Shown one piece after another: positions 17,216-28,157 of a stretch of DNA of 64,000 nucleotides. This DNA comes from Candidatus Woesearchaeota archaeon (GTDB lineage Archaea; Nanobdellota; Nanobdellia; Pacearchaeales; GW2011-AR1). The stretch is taken from NCBI GenBank assembly GCA_964344105.1, contig CAYFMD010000003.1:8066-72065 (forward strand), written 5' to 3'. Under the pieces are notes generated by a model, which did not search any database, had not been told where the DNA came from, and saw only the letters and a list, made by a program, of their open reading frames with translations. The position numbers and the translations under genes were made by a program. Numbering within the stretch: the stretch's first letter is position 1; every line of letters begins with the position of its first letter.

Positions 17216-18538
17216 TTATTTTTTAACGATTATTGCTTCATTACTTTTTGTAGAAATTGAATTTTTTTCTGGTTTGTCTTTTAGAAAATCCTTACAGGCT
17301 TTTTTAACTCCTGGCAATGAATCCCATACGTAATCATCTATAACTATTATTGCATCCTTTGATAGTAAGGGATATACTTTTTCAAAGCTATCTTTAATTG
17401 AGCTGTAAAAGTCTCCGTCAAAAAATGCGAAAGATATCTTTTCTGGAAGGTCATTTTCTTTGATTTCATTAAACCAGCCCTCTTTTATTATTGGAGGGAT
17501 TAATCTTTCTTTTTTGAAATTTTTTATTAATGTTTTTTTAGTTGATTTTGCAACTCCTTCTTTGAATATTTTGTTTGCAGGATTTTCACTAAAATCTTCT
17601 TCTAATTTTTTTGGCAACCCCTCAAATGAGTCATATACGTAAAATTTTTTATTAGAATTATAAAAGTCTAATAATCTTCTGATGAATAGTGATGTTGTTC
17701 CTTCGTTGCATCCAAATTCGACGATATCTCCTTCAATATTTTTATCTAGTGTTTTCTTAAGATTTTCTAAGACAACTTCTATTTCTTCATGTTTCATCAT
17801 CCCTGAGATTACTCTATGTCTATTCAGAAGTTTCTTTACAATGTTATTTTTGTTTGGTTTATTTCTTTGAAACAATTTAACTAATTTTCTTAGAAGGCTT
17901 TCTGGATATAAGGATCCTTTTATTTGGAGGTATGTTCTATACTCTTCAGAGTTTATTAGGTGTTGATGTGTATCTTTCGTTATTGTTCCATTTTTTAAAT
18001 AGAAATGGTATCCTCTGTTAGCACTTTTTAATTTGTGATCTTGTCTTTTATATTTATGTCCAAACTTATCTTTTAGAAATTTCTTAAATTTTTTATGAGA
18101 GAATAATTCTATATGGTCTATATCCTTCCAGTAGTTTGGAATTGTGTCGCTTTTTAAGGGGTTAAGAGATCTTTTTCTTATATACTGGTTTAAAGATATT
18201 TTTAGTTTTTCTCCAAGATTAAAATGGAAATATTCTGAACATAGTCTGTCTCCTGGATGTCTTACGAAGGAAATTGTATACCAACCTTTCTTCTTGTATT
18301 TATAGAATGTTTCATCATCCCAGCTGTATAGGTGATTGTGTACAAATTGTTTTTCAGGATCCTCTAGAAATTTGAGCATTTCTTCTTTTGTCCATTCTCT
18401 TTTTAGATTTTTCCAAGAGTTTCTTATTTTGTATCCTTTTTTTTCAAGGAATCCTGCCATGTATGTGAAACAATAGGTCCCAGCAGTTCTTGGGATGTGA
18501 ATAAATGCTAAGTTTTTATTTAGTATTTTTTTATTCAT
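17216..18538 (-). CDS. bifunctional sulfotransferase-like / TylF-family O-methyltransferase fusion protein
   Basis: The N-terminal AFIHIPRTAGT is a PAPS 5'-PSB-like motif of the sulfotransferase family. The C-terminal GDIVEFGCNEGTTS...DGDFYSS...IVIDDY matches TylF/MycF class I MTases. Confidence 0.45.
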   Translation of the reverse strand: MNKKILNKNLAFIHIPRTAGTYCFTYMAGFLEKKGYKIRNSWKNLKREWTKEEMLKFLEDPEKQFVHNHLYSWDDETFYKYKKKGWYTISFVRHPGDRLCSEYFHFNLGEKLKISLNQYIRKRSLNPLKSDTIPNYWKDIDHIELFSHKKFKKFLKDKFGHKYKRQDHKLKSANRGYHFYLKNGTITKDTHQHLINSEEYRTYLQIKGSLYPESLLRKLVKLFQRNKPNKNNIVKKLLNRHRVISGMMKHEEIEVVLENLKKTLDKNIEGDIVEFGCNEGTTSLFIRRLLDFYNSNKKFYVYDSFEGLPKKLEEDFSENPANKIFKEGVAKSTKKTLIKNFKKERLIPPIIKEGWFNEIKENDLPEKISFAFFDGDFYSSIKDSFEKVYPLLSKDAIIVIDDYVWDSLPGVKKACKDFLKDKPEKNSISTKSNEAIIVKK

Positions 18539-18539
18539 T

Positions 18540-19541
18540 TTATCTTATTATTTTTTTTATGGTATCCTCCCAATTTATGAATCTTACTCTTTCTTCTGCT
18601 AATTTTCCCATCTCCTTAGCTTTATTTTTGTCTTTAATTAATATTGATAGTTGGTCTGCTATAGACTCTGGGTTCGGTTCTGCTATGAGTCCTGTTTTAT
18701 TATGCTCTACAAATTCTAACGGGCCTCCGGAATCCTTACATGTAATGACTGGTTTTTTACTTTTCATAGATTCTATGGTTACAAGTCCATAATCTTCTTT
18801 GTAGGAAACTAGGCAAGTGCATAAGGCATTTGAATATATGCCTATTAGCTCTTCTGGTGATTTATATCCTAGGAAAATTATTCTCTGATCATCTTTTGCT
18901 AGTTCTTTGAGTTGTTTTTCATGTGGGCCACTGCCCGCAATTACAAGTTTTATGTCTTCTTTAATGTATTTCATAGCTTTAATTAGCAGGCTTATTCTTT
19001 TTCTTTTGTCATCTAAGATGCTTGTGGATAGAATATAGTCATAGTTTTTACACTTGAAATTTTCTATTATTGGTGGGCAGTAGATGAGTTCAGAATCTAT
19101 GTTTTCATCCTTTAGCCTTTGTTGGATGAATTTGGAGTATGAAATTATTCTCTTTGTATTGCCTAGTGCTTTTTTATCTAGATGTCTTATTAGATTTCTT
19201 AATGCTAGTTGGGCAGGTTTGTATTTTTGATATTTCCATTGATCGTAGAATTGCCTATAGAAGTGCGCGAAGTAGCATATGTGGTTTCTATGTTTTATCA
19301 TATAGCTGGGAAATTTTAGAGATATTACTAGGTCAAAATTTGAGAGATCGATTAGTCTATGCATTAGATATGATTTGATTAGAGAAAGAGGGGGGTGGTG
19401 TTTCATTGGAGTATTGATGGTTAGTGCTTGATGTTTTGTGTACTTGTTAATATATTTTGATAGAGCCTCTGCTATGTATTGATTGCCTCCTTTGACTCCA
19501 AGTTCAATTTCATCCGATGGATTGATTATTGCTATTCTCAT
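18540..19541 (-). CDS. glycosyltransferase family 4 (GT-B)
   Basis: It contains LVIAGSGP...GLVTIESMKSKKPVITCKDSGGPLEFVEHNKTGL, an EX7E-type motif. Confidence 0.7.
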   Translation of the reverse strand: MRIAIINPSDEIELGVKGGNQYIAEALSKYINKYTKHQALTINTPMKHHPPLSLIKSYLMHRLIDLSNFDLVISLKFPSYMIKHRNHICYFAHFYRQFYDQWKYQKYKPAQLALRNLIRHLDKKALGNTKRIISYSKFIQQRLKDENIDSELIYCPPIIENFKCKNYDYILSTSILDDKRKRISLLIKAMKYIKEDIKLVIAGSGPHEKQLKELAKDDQRIIFLGYKSPEELIGIYSNALCTCLVSYKEDYGLVTIESMKSKKPVITCKDSGGPLEFVEHNKTGLIAEPNPESIADQLSILIKDKNKAKEMGKLAEERVRFINWEDTIKKIIR

Positions 19542-21108
19542 TGTAAACTTTTAATATGAAGTCCCTCAGTTCTTTCGCTTTATCTTGCCAGAGGTGATTT
19601 TTCTTTATGTGTTCTATTGCGTTGTTTGACATCTCTTTTTGAAATTCTTCATTCTTTAGTTTGTTTAATGCACCTAAAATGTTTTCAGTTTCATTTTTGT
19701 CTCTTTTGATTTTGAATACACAGCTTGTTGGAAATTCTTTATTTTCAGGAAGGTCAGAGATTATGCAGGGAGTTCCGGTAGATAGTGCTTTCATTAGAGA
19801 ACCAGATGTGGCTCCAGTTGTTGGCCATCTTAGATTTATGCATGCGTTACTTGCATAGATGTAATCTATTACTTTGTTGAATGGAATGTATCCTGTTAGG
19901 ATTGCATTTTTTTCTAGTCCAAGTTTTCTTATGATTTTTCTTATGTCTATTGTTTCGTCTTCCTCTCCCATTATTATGTATATTGAATTAGGGGCTGTCT
20001 TTAGAAATTCTTTGAATGCTTCTAGCGCTTTTTCTAAATGCTTATGTTTTTGAATTTTTCCAAATGAGCATGCTATGAATTCAAATTGATCAATTCCTAG
20101 TTTTCCCCTTATTTCTTTTTTTGAAATTTTTGGTTTGTTAAGTTCCACTCCTTGCAGCATTACTTGCATTGGGATTTTTGGATTTATTTTAGATGCTTTG
20201 TTTTTTAGGTGATTGCTATGTGTGATGATAGCTTTTGCAGATTTTATTACTTTTTTGTTAAGTGGGTATTTGTAAAGAATTTTATTTTTGACTCTTTCAA
20301 ATTTTAGATTTTTGATATAGAATGTTTCTTCAAAAAAGGGAATATTTATTTCTTTGTCTTTTTGATATTTTATCGAATGAATTTTAACTCCCATTGTTCT
20401 TAAATTACTGTCACTTAGCTTTGTTATTATTGAAAGTGGTTTAGATACCTTTATTTTGCAGATTAGTTTTTTACTTGGTATATTCTCTAAGCATACTTTT
20501 TTGAATTCATTTTTAGCTAGTTTAATTTTCTTTTTCCTTCCATTTAGGTCTAAAATTATTTTTGCAGGGAAGTCTGTTGAAATTTCCATTGAAATGCTTT
20601 TGATTTCTTGCTCATTGATAATTAGTTTAGATTTTTTTCTAGTCCATCTGAATTTTCTTCCTTTTTCTTCTTCTACCTTATGAAACCCCTGTGCTTGGAA
20701 ATTATCTCTCTCAATATTATTTGATTTCTTGTAAGCTTTTGTAAATAGTAATTGAAAATAATCTACTATGGCCTTAAATCCATGATTATTCAGAACCTCT
20801 TTTATGAATTTTGGTCTTGACCAGTATTCGCTTGCCATTCCGAAGGTCATTCCCTGCAGTATCCAGTCGTGTAATATTATTATGCTGGGATTTTTTTCTA
20901 GCTCATTAAAACTGTATGTATGTTCCTTATTATTTCCTATGTTGTGTATAGTCATGCTTTTATAGATCCCCGGCTGATAATTATCTTTGGTTACCTTAGT
21001 TATTTCAAAATATTTTTCTAGTTCTTTTAGCAATTCTTCTGAGTAGTCACTTATCCCAGATCTTACTGGAGGTAATGGGCTGAAGTAGTTTAATTTTGGT
21101 TTAGGCAT
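19510..21108 (-). CDS. glycosyltransferase family 4 with ~200-aa basic insertion
   Basis: The C-terminal GT4 core is IIMGEED...TGATSGSLMKALSTGTPCIISD. The N-terminal half is GT-B-like. Confidence 0.55.
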   Translation of the reverse strand: MPKPKLNYFSPLPPVRSGISDYSEELLKELEKYFEITKVTKDNYQPGIYKSMTIHNIGNNKEHTYSFNELEKNPSIIILHDWILQGMTFGMASEYWSRPKFIKEVLNNHGFKAIVDYFQLLFTKAYKKSNNIERDNFQAQGFHKVEEEKGRKFRWTRKKSKLIINEQEIKSISMEISTDFPAKIILDLNGRKKKIKLAKNEFKKVCLENIPSKKLICKIKVSKPLSIITKLSDSNLRTMGVKIHSIKYQKDKEINIPFFEETFYIKNLKFERVKNKILYKYPLNKKVIKSAKAIITHSNHLKNKASKINPKIPMQVMLQGVELNKPKISKKEIRGKLGIDQFEFIACSFGKIQKHKHLEKALEAFKEFLKTAPNSIYIIMGEEDETIDIRKIIRKLGLEKNAILTGYIPFNKVIDYIYASNACINLRWPTTGATSGSLMKALSTGTPCIISDLPENKEFPTSCVFKIKRDKNETENILGALNKLKNEEFQKEMSNNAIEHIKKNHLWQDKAKELRDFILKVYNENSNNQSIG

Positions 21109-22190
21109 TTTATTTCTTCCTTTATTTTTTCTATGAAAATTTTTGTGTCAAATTGTCTTGCTCTTTTTTGGGAATTTTCCTTATAGAATTCTGGATCTTT
21201 TTCTAGGTTTTTATTTATTTCTTTGATTGATTCGACTATTTTGCTTTCATCTATATGATCTATAAGAATTCCCGTGTCTTTTGTTATCGTTTCTTTATAG
21301 CCACCCTCATTTGCTGCTATAACTGGTTTTCCTGAGGCCATAGCTTCTATGGGGCTCATTCCGAAGTCCTCATCTCTTGCTGTCGCTATAAGCCCCTTAG
21401 CATTTGAATATAGTTCTTTTAGCTCATCATCTGAAATCCAAGAAACAATTTGCACATTTTTTGGTTTAATTTTTTTTATGTGATTAGCATATTTCTGGAA
21501 ATGTTTGGCTTTTTCATAAGATCCGACTATTATTAGATTTTCATCTGGTAGTTTTTTGAATGCCTTTATCTGTAAATCTATTCTTTTATTTTCAAATAAC
21601 CTATTGACAGAAATCCAGTAATTTTTGTTTTTTGAATTATTGTAGTTTTTAGTGGTTGTTGGAGGATTGATTATTTTTGCCTCTTTATTGTAGTATTTTT
21701 TTATTCTATTTTTTGTATTTTGTGAGTTAGCTAATATTCTTGTTATATGCTTCAAGTAAGATATGTTTAATGTTCTGTTGAATTTTGCCCATAATTCATA
21801 TATTGGTCTTTGGTAGAATGGTAGTTTAGATTTTATGTAATCTTTGAATTCCCAGAGTTCGTTTAATGGAGAGTGCGCATACCATAAATTTGGTTTGTTG
21901 TTTATAGAACCTGACATTGCCCAATCTCCCGAGATTATGTATAAATCGTATTTGTTTTTTAGACTTAGATTTCTAAATTTTAGGAATGAAAGTTGTTGTT
22001 TGAATGGAGCATTTATTGGAACTCTTCCTATTGATTTTATTTTTATATTTTTGAAACCCATTTTTTCTATTTTTTCTAAGTTGATGTTTGTTGTGTATAT
22101 TGTTGCGTTAAGTTCTTTTGCTAGAGTTAGTGTTACAATTTCTGCTCCCCCTATATTGTCCATATAATTGTGGAATATTGCAATTTTCAT
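21090..22190 (-). CDS. glycosyltransferase family 4
   Basis: It contains MKIAIFHNYMDNIGGAE...DEDFGMSPIEAMASGKPVIAANEGGYKETI. Confidence 0.7.
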   Translation of the reverse strand: MKIAIFHNYMDNIGGAEIVTLTLAKELNATIYTTNINLEKIEKMGFKNIKIKSIGRVPINAPFKQQLSFLKFRNLSLKNKYDLYIISGDWAMSGSINNKPNLWYAHSPLNELWEFKDYIKSKLPFYQRPIYELWAKFNRTLNISYLKHITRILANSQNTKNRIKKYYNKEAKIINPPTTTKNYNNSKNKNYWISVNRLFENKRIDLQIKAFKKLPDENLIIVGSYEKAKHFQKYANHIKKIKPKNVQIVSWISDDELKELYSNAKGLIATARDEDFGMSPIEAMASGKPVIAANEGGYKETITKDTGILIDHIDESKIVESIKEINKNLEKDPEFYKENSQKRARQFDTKIFIEKIKEEIKCLNQN

Positions 22191-23389
22191 TTTTCCTTGA
22201 TTCCTAGGATGCTTAACATGAATGAAGAGAATATTGTTTGGACTCCTAATGTTATTAGGGTTAATGCTAGAATAGAATTTTTTATCTGATCTAATTCTCC
22301 AAAGTTTGAATTTATCCAGTCGTTTAATATTTTTATGAAGATTATTAGGCCTGAAATAATTATTAGTATTCCTAAGATACTCGCTTTTTCTATCGTTATG
22401 TGTTTGTATAGATTTTCTATTCTTTTATTCGATTCTCCTAGGTGTGTTATTGCATAAGTTTTTGCAAATATTGAGAAGAAGATTAGTTGATAGCCTATTA
22501 TGGTTAGTAATGAGGATATAAACATTGGATGGATGTAGAACGTCGTTCCAAATAATACTGGATTTTTTGTGTAGAGTAATGTTAGCGTAAGAATTCCTAG
22601 AAGAAAAATTATTAATCCCGGAATGAAGAATAAGAATAATGGTGAGTATAATAGCATGAACCTTAGATGGCGCCAACCGTCCGCTATTGTGTTGAGTTTT
22701 GATTCTCCTAATCTTTTTTTGTAGTTTATTGGTAGTTCTTTTATTTGGAGATTGTTCTTTAGAGCTTTGATTACCATCTCTGAAGCAAATTCCATTCCAG
22801 TAGTCTTTAGATTTAGTTTTTTTAGAGCCTCTGTTCTTATTGCCCTCATTCCACAATGAGAGTCTCTTACAGTTGTTTTGTAGAATAATCTAAGTAGTCC
22901 TGAAAGTAATGGATTTCCTATGTATTTGTGTGTGGATGGCATTACATCTTTTTCTAGTGGGTATGCAAATCTATTTCCTATTACAAAGTCATTATTTTCC
23001 TTTAATTTGTTTAGAAAATTTGGAATTTCTGAGAAATCGTAAGTTCCATCACAATCTGCCATGAAGATGTAGTTAGTTGTAACGTGTTTGAATCCCTCTA
23101 GGTACGCGTTTCCATACCCTTCCTTGTTATGTTTAGCAATCTTTATTTTTAGTTTGTTAGGATTGTTTGTTACAAACTCTTTTATCTTATTTATTGTTTG
23201 ATCTGATGAGGAGTCTGAAATGATTACTTCAGCACCTATTTGATTTATTTCTAGGGTATTTGAGATTTCCTTTAGACAATGTTGAATGGCCTCTTGCTCG
23301 TTTCTACAGGGGAGGATAATTGATAATTCTGGCTCCTTTGGAGTGGTTAGAATGTTAGAGATGAGCCTATTTGCATCAATGTTTTCCAT
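22187..23389 (-). CDS. GT2 dolichyl-phosphate hexose synthase-like glycosyltransferase with C-terminal TM domain
   Basis: It contains LSIILPCRNEQEAI...ADCDGTYD...HCGMRAIR plus four C-terminal TM helices, matching the DPM1/AglJ/ArnC-like architecture. Confidence 0.7.
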   Translation of the reverse strand: MENIDANRLISNILTTPKEPELSIILPCRNEQEAIQHCLKEISNTLEINQIGAEVIISDSSSDQTINKIKEFVTNNPNKLKIKIAKHNKEGYGNAYLEGFKHVTTNYIFMADCDGTYDFSEIPNFLNKLKENNDFVIGNRFAYPLEKDVMPSTHKYIGNPLLSGLLRLFYKTTVRDSHCGMRAIRTEALKKLNLKTTGMEFASEMVIKALKNNLQIKELPINYKKRLGESKLNTIADGWRHLRFMLLYSPLFLFFIPGLIIFLLGILTLTLLYTKNPVLFGTTFYIHPMFISSLLTIIGYQLIFFSIFAKTYAITHLGESNKRIENLYKHITIEKASILGILIIISGLIIFIKILNDWINSNFGELDQIKNSILALTLITLGVQTIFSSFMLSILGIKEK

Positions 23390-23457
23390 GAACTTTTGAG
23401 TTTTTTGTGATTTATAATCATTTATGCTGTTTTTTGGTTGTTTTCATTTTTGTGGTA

Positions 23458-23474
23458 TTTTACCGTCGGTAAAA
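23458..23474. promoter_or_regulatory. 17-bp palindrome TTTTACCG-T-CGGTAAAA in the divergent GT2/gyrB promoter region
   Basis: This is a direct read of the sequence. Both arms are perfectly complementary. Confidence 0.3.
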
Positions 23475-23593
23475 CATATTTTAGCATAGAAAAGCTTTTA
23501 AAGGAAAATGCATTGAGAGTAGGATAAATATTGACAGTTTCTCGCTGGAAATTAATTAAAAATCGCTAGAGATTAGTCGAAACTTTAAGGAAA

Positions 23594-25483
23594 ATGGCAG
23601 AGAAGAAAGATTACAAAGCAGCTAATATTAAGGTTTTAGAAGGACTTGAGGCAGTTAGAAAGAGACCTGCTATGTATATTGGAGGTACTGGGAAGGATGG
23701 CCTACATCATTTAGTTTATGAGGTTGTTGATAATTCTATAGATGAGGCTTTAGCTGGTTTTTGTGATACAGTTATTGTTACTATTCATAAGGATGGTAGT
23801 TTGAGTGTTAGAGATAATGGCCGTGGAATTCCTACCGATATGCATCCCCAATATAAGAAGCCTGCTTTGGAGATCGCTTTGACTAAGTTACATGCAGGAG
23901 GTAAGTTTGAGAAGTCTGCTTATGCTATTTCAGGAGGATTGCATGGTGTTGGTGTTAGTTGTGTAAATGCACTTTCTACACATTTAAGAGCTACTGTTAA
24001 GAGGGATGGTAAGGTTTATCAGCAAGAGTATAAGATAGGTGTTCCAAATTATAACATGAAGGTAGTTGGGAAGGTTGGTAAGAGTGAGACTGGTACTGAA
24101 ATTCACTTTGTTCCAGATCCTGAAATTTTCTCAACTGTGGATTTTGATTTTGTTGTTTTGAAGAAGAGATTGCAAGAAATTGCTTTTTTGAATCCAGTTA
24201 AGATTGAGTTGATTGATGAGAGGAATGATAAGAGAGAAACTTTCCACTATGCTGGAGGATTAGTTGATTTTGTTCAGCATATAAATAAGTCTAAGAGCCC
24301 GTTACATAAACCAATTTATTTTAAGAGAACTGAGGAAGATAATGTTGTAGAGGTTGCTGTGCAATATACTGATGGTTATAATGAAAATATTTTTGGTTTT
24401 GTTAATATTATTAATACTACTGAGGGTGGAACTCATATTTCTGGTTTTAAGACTGCTTTGACAAGGGCTGTTAATGATTATATTACTAAGAAGGGATTGT
24501 TGAAGAATGCTAAGCTTTCGGGTGATGATGCTAGAGAGGGCTGTACTGCTATTGTTAATGTTAAAATGAGGGATCCTCAGTTTGAGGGGCAGACAAAGAC
24601 TAAGCTTGGAAATTCTGAGATGAAGGGTGTTGTTGATAGTATGGCTCATTTGGCCTTAACTGAATTTTTAGAAGAGAATCCTACTATTGCTAATAAGATT
24701 GCTCAGAAGGTTGTTGCTAGTGCTAAGGCTAGAGAGGCGGCTAAGAAGGCTAGAGATTTAGTTAGAAGAAAGAGTTCTATTGGTGGTTTGAGTGGGTTGC
24801 CAGGTAAGTTGGCTGATTGTAGTACAAAGAAAACTGAGAATACTGAACTTTATATTGTAGAGGGAGATTCGGCGGCTGGAAGCTCTAAAATGGCTAGGGA
24901 TAAAGAATTCCAGGCCATATTACCTTTGAAGGGTAAGATTTTGAATGTTGAAAAGAGTAATCCTACTAAGGCATTGAGTTCAGAGGAGATAATTAATTTG
25001 ATTACTGCAATTGGAACTGGTGTTAAGGAGAATTTTGATATTAGCAAGTTGAGATATAATAAGATTATAATTATGACTGATGCAGATGTTGATGGTCAGC
25101 ATATTATGACTTTGTTGTTGACTTTTTTTTATAGATATATGCCTGAGTTGATTGAGAATGGCAATGTGTTTGTTGCATTTAGTCCATTATTTAGAGTTAG
25201 AAAGAAGAAGGATTATTATGTTTATAGTGAGGATGAATTGAAAAAGGTGGTTAAGGAAGTTGGTGGAACTCCTGATGTTCAAAGATTTAAGGGTCTTGGA
25301 GAGATGAATCCTCAGCAGTTGTGGGATACGACTATGGATCCTAAAAAGAGAATTTTGAAGAAGGTTAGTATTGAGGATGCTGTTCTAGCTGACGAGACAT
25401 TTAGTATGTTAATGGGAGATGTTGTTGGGCCTAGAAGAAAGTTTATTGAGGTTAATGCGGATATTGCGGAGGTGGATCGATAA
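23594..25483 (+). CDS. gyrB: DNA gyrase subunit B
   Basis: The GHKL ATPase is [14 protein letters not shown]. The TOPRIM motifs are [13 protein letters not shown] and [13 protein letters not shown], with a C-terminal PRRKFIE. Confidence 0.9.
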   Translation: MAEKKDYKAANIKVLEGLEAVRKRPAMYIGGTGKDGLHHLVYEVVDNSIDEALAGFCDTVIVTIHKDGSLSVRDNGRGIPTDMHPQYKKPALEIALTKLHAGGKFEKSAYAISGGLHGVGVSCVNALSTHLRATVKRDGKVYQQEYKIGVPNYNMKVVGKVGKSETGTEIHFVPDPEIFSTVDFDFVVLKKRLQEIAFLNPVKIELIDERNDKRETFHYAGGLVDFVQHINKSKSPLHKPIYFKRTEEDNVVEVAVQYTDGYNENIFGFVNIINTTEGGTHISGFKTALTRAVNDYITKKGLLKNAKLSGDDAREGCTAIVNVKMRDPQFEGQTKTKLGNSEMKGVVDSMAHLALTEFLEENPTIANKIAQKVVASAKAREAAKKARDLVRRKSSIGGLSGLPGKLADCSTKKTENTELYIVEGDSAAGSSKMARDKEFQAILPLKGKILNVEKSNPTKALSSEEIINLITAIGTGVKENFDISKLRYNKIIIMTDADVDGQHIMTLLLTFFYRYMPELIENGNVFVAFSPLFRVRKKKDYYVYSEDELKKVVKEVGGTPDVQRFKGLGEMNPQQLWDTTMDPKKRILKKVSIEDAVLADETFSMLMGDVVGPRRKFIEVNADIAEVDR

Positions 25484-25485
25484 AC

Positions 25486-28053
25486 ATGGCAGACGATGAA
25501 CAACAAACTCTTGGTAGTGAAGAGGCTGTAGAGGATAATTCTGAAGACTCTAGTGAAGAAAGTAATGGGGATGCAGAACATTTAGAGAAGACTGAAGTTA
25601 ATGTTAAGGATATTGATAAGGATAGAGTTTTGAATATTGAGATTTCTGGTGAGATGAAGAAAGCATATATTGATTATGCGATGAGTGTTATTGTTAATCG
25701 TGCATTGCCTTCTATTGAAGATGGATTGAAGCCGGTTCATAGAAGAATTTTATTTGCTATGAAGCAGATGGGCCTTGAGAAGGGGATGACTAAGAAATCG
25801 GCTAGAATTGTGGGAGATGTTATTGGTAAGTATCATCCTCATGGTGATACTGCAGTTTATGATGCTATGGTTAGAATGGCTCAGGATTTTAGTTTGAGAT
25901 ATCCTTTGGTTTTGGGTCAAGGTAATTTTGGGTCTATGGATGGAGATAACGCAGCAGCTATGAGATATACTGAAGCGAAGTTGCAAAAGCTTTCTGTTGA
26001 ATTGTTAGAAGACCTGGAAAAGAATACTGTTGATATGTTGCCTAATTTTGATAATTCATTGAAAGAACCTTTGGTTCTGCCAGGAAAGGTGCCTGCATTA
26101 TTGATTAATGGTGCTAGTGGTATCGCAGTAGGTATGACTACTAATGTTCCTCCGCATAACTTAAGCGAGGTTTGTGATGGGATTATTGCTACAATCAATA
26201 AACCTAAGATTGATGTTGATGAGTTGATGGAAATTATTAAAGGTCCTGATCTTCCAACTGGAGGAGTTATTGTTGGTGAGAATTTGAAAGAGCTTTATAC
26301 TAATGGTCGTGCAGGATTTGTTATTAGAGGAAAGGTTAAGACTGAAGAGAAGAAGGGTAAGGAACTAATAGTAATTACTGAGATTCCATATCAGGTTAAT
26401 AAGTCTAGTTTGGTTATGCAGATTGCTGATCTTGTTAGGGATAAGAAGTTAACAGAAGTTAGTGATATTAGAGATGAGAGTAGTAAGGGGAATGTTAGAA
26501 TTGTTATTGAAATGAAGAAGGGTGCTAATAGTCAGTTTACGATTAATAGATTGTATAAGTCTACTAAGTTGCAGTCTAGATTTGATGCTGTGCTTGTTGC
26601 TTTGGAAAATGGTGTGCCTAAGACTTTTGGTCTTAAGCAGATGATTGAGAGTTATATTAATTTTAGAAGAAAGATAATTAGGAAGAGAACTGAGTTTGAT
26701 TTAGATAAGGCTGAGAAGAGATTGCATATTGTTGAGGGTTTGTTGTTGGCTCAGAAGGATATCGATAAGGTTATTGAGACAATTAAGAAGAGTAAGACTA
26801 CTGCTGATGCTAAAGAGAATTTGATGAAGAAGTTCAAGTTGAGTGAGAAGCAGTCGGAGGCTATTTTAGAGATTACCTTGAAGCAGTTGACTTCTCTTGA
26901 AAGAGAAAAGCTAGAGAAGGAAGAGAAGGATTTGAAAGAGTTAATTGCTAAGTTGAAGAAGATCTTGGGTGATGAGAAAGAAATCTATAAACTGATTAAA
27001 GCTGATTTAACTGAATTGAAAAAGACTTATGGGGATGATAGGAGAAGTAAGATCATTAAGAGTGTTAAGGATATTGAGGAGAAGGATTTGGTTCAGAAGA
27101 AAGATGTTATAATTACAATAACAGAGAAAGGATACATAAAGAGAATGCCTTTCAAGGCTTATAATGAGCAGAAGCGTGGTGGTAAGGGGGTTATTGGAGC
27201 TGAGTTAAGTACTGAGGATTATGTTAAGGATCTGATAACTTGTTCAACACATGACCACTTGTTGTTGTTTACTGCAAGGGGGAGAATTTTCTGGTTGAAA
27301 GCTTACAAGGTTCCTGAAACTCAAAGATATGGTAAAGGGCAGGCTTTAGTTAATTTATTGAATATCAAAGATGATGTTGTTACTAATGTAATAGCGGTTA
27401 AAGAGTTTAATGATTATTTGTTTATGGCTACAAAGAAAGGACAGGTTAAGAAGATTAAGCTTGATTTGTTTTCTAAGCCAAGAAATGCAGGTGTTAGAAT
27501 CATTAATCTTCCTGCAGATAATAGTGATGAGGTTGTTGGTGTTAAGAGGATAGCTAGTGGCAAGGATGTTATGTTAGTAAGTAAGAAGGGTCAAGCAATT
27601 AAGTTTAATTCAGACGATGTTAGAGATATGGGTAGGGCTAGTTATGGGGTTACTGGTATAAAGATGGATGGAAATGATGAAGTTGTTAGTTTGGAAATTG
27701 TTAATGACCCTTCTTCAAGTATATTGACTATAACTGAAAGAGGAATGGGTAAGAGAAGTAAGGTTGAGGATTATAGGAAGACTGGTCGGGCTGGTAAGGG
27801 TGTTATTAATTTGAAGATAAGTGAAAAAACAGGAGATGTTGTTGATACAATTGATGTTAATGATGGAGATAAGTTTGTTGTTTCAACTAAGAAGGGTATT
27901 GTGATTAAATCTAGTGTTAAGGATATTAGGGTTATGGGGCGTGCGACTTCTGGAGTGACTATAATTAAGTTGGGAAGTGGAGATAGAGTTAGTACAATCG
28001 CTAAGTTGGTTAAGGATGAAGTTAAGGTTTCTGATGAAGAGGCTGATAAGTAA
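25486..28053 (+). CDS. gyrA: DNA gyrase subunit A
   Basis: It contains [38 protein letters not shown] and C-terminal beta-pinwheel repeats. It starts 3 nt after gyrB. Confidence 0.9.
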   Translation: MADDEQQTLGSEEAVEDNSEDSSEESNGDAEHLEKTEVNVKDIDKDRVLNIEISGEMKKAYIDYAMSVIVNRALPSIEDGLKPVHRRILFAMKQMGLEKGMTKKSARIVGDVIGKYHPHGDTAVYDAMVRMAQDFSLRYPLVLGQGNFGSMDGDNAAAMRYTEAKLQKLSVELLEDLEKNTVDMLPNFDNSLKEPLVLPGKVPALLINGASGIAVGMTTNVPPHNLSEVCDGIIATINKPKIDVDELMEIIKGPDLPTGGVIVGENLKELYTNGRAGFVIRGKVKTEEKKGKELIVITEIPYQVNKSSLVMQIADLVRDKKLTEVSDIRDESSKGNVRIVIEMKKGANSQFTINRLYKSTKLQSRFDAVLVALENGVPKTFGLKQMIESYINFRRKIIRKRTEFDLDKAEKRLHIVEGLLLAQKDIDKVIETIKKSKTTADAKENLMKKFKLSEKQSEAILEITLKQLTSLEREKLEKEEKDLKELIAKLKKILGDEKEIYKLIKADLTELKKTYGDDRRSKIIKSVKDIEEKDLVQKKDVIITITEKGYIKRMPFKAYNEQKRGGKGVIGAELSTEDYVKDLITCSTHDHLLLFTARGRIFWLKAYKVPETQRYGKGQALVNLLNIKDDVVTNVIAVKEFNDYLFMATKKGQVKKIKLDLFSKPRNAGVRIINLPADNSDEVVGVKRIASGKDVMLVSKKGQAIKFNSDDVRDMGRASYGVTGIKMDGNDEVVSLEIVNDPSSSILTITERGMGKRSKVEDYRKTGRAGKGVINLKISEKTGDVVDTIDVNDGDKFVVSTKKGIVIKSSVKDIRVMGRATSGVTIIKLGSGDRVSTIAKLVKDEVKVSDEEADK

Positions 28054-28099
28054 TCTATTTTGAGTAATCAATCACATTTATATATCAAAGAATTTATTT

Positions 28100-28157
28100 G
28101 TTATTGCTTACTTCGGTAAGTAGAGGATGTTAACTTCGGTTTTTATCCTCTTATTTT
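28100..28157. terminator. two UUCG-tetraloop hairpins with T-tracts between convergent gyrA and the secreted-protein operon
   Basis: The hairpins are gCTTACttcgGTAAGt and GAGGATgttaacttcggtttttATCCTCttatttttta. Confidence 0.3.
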
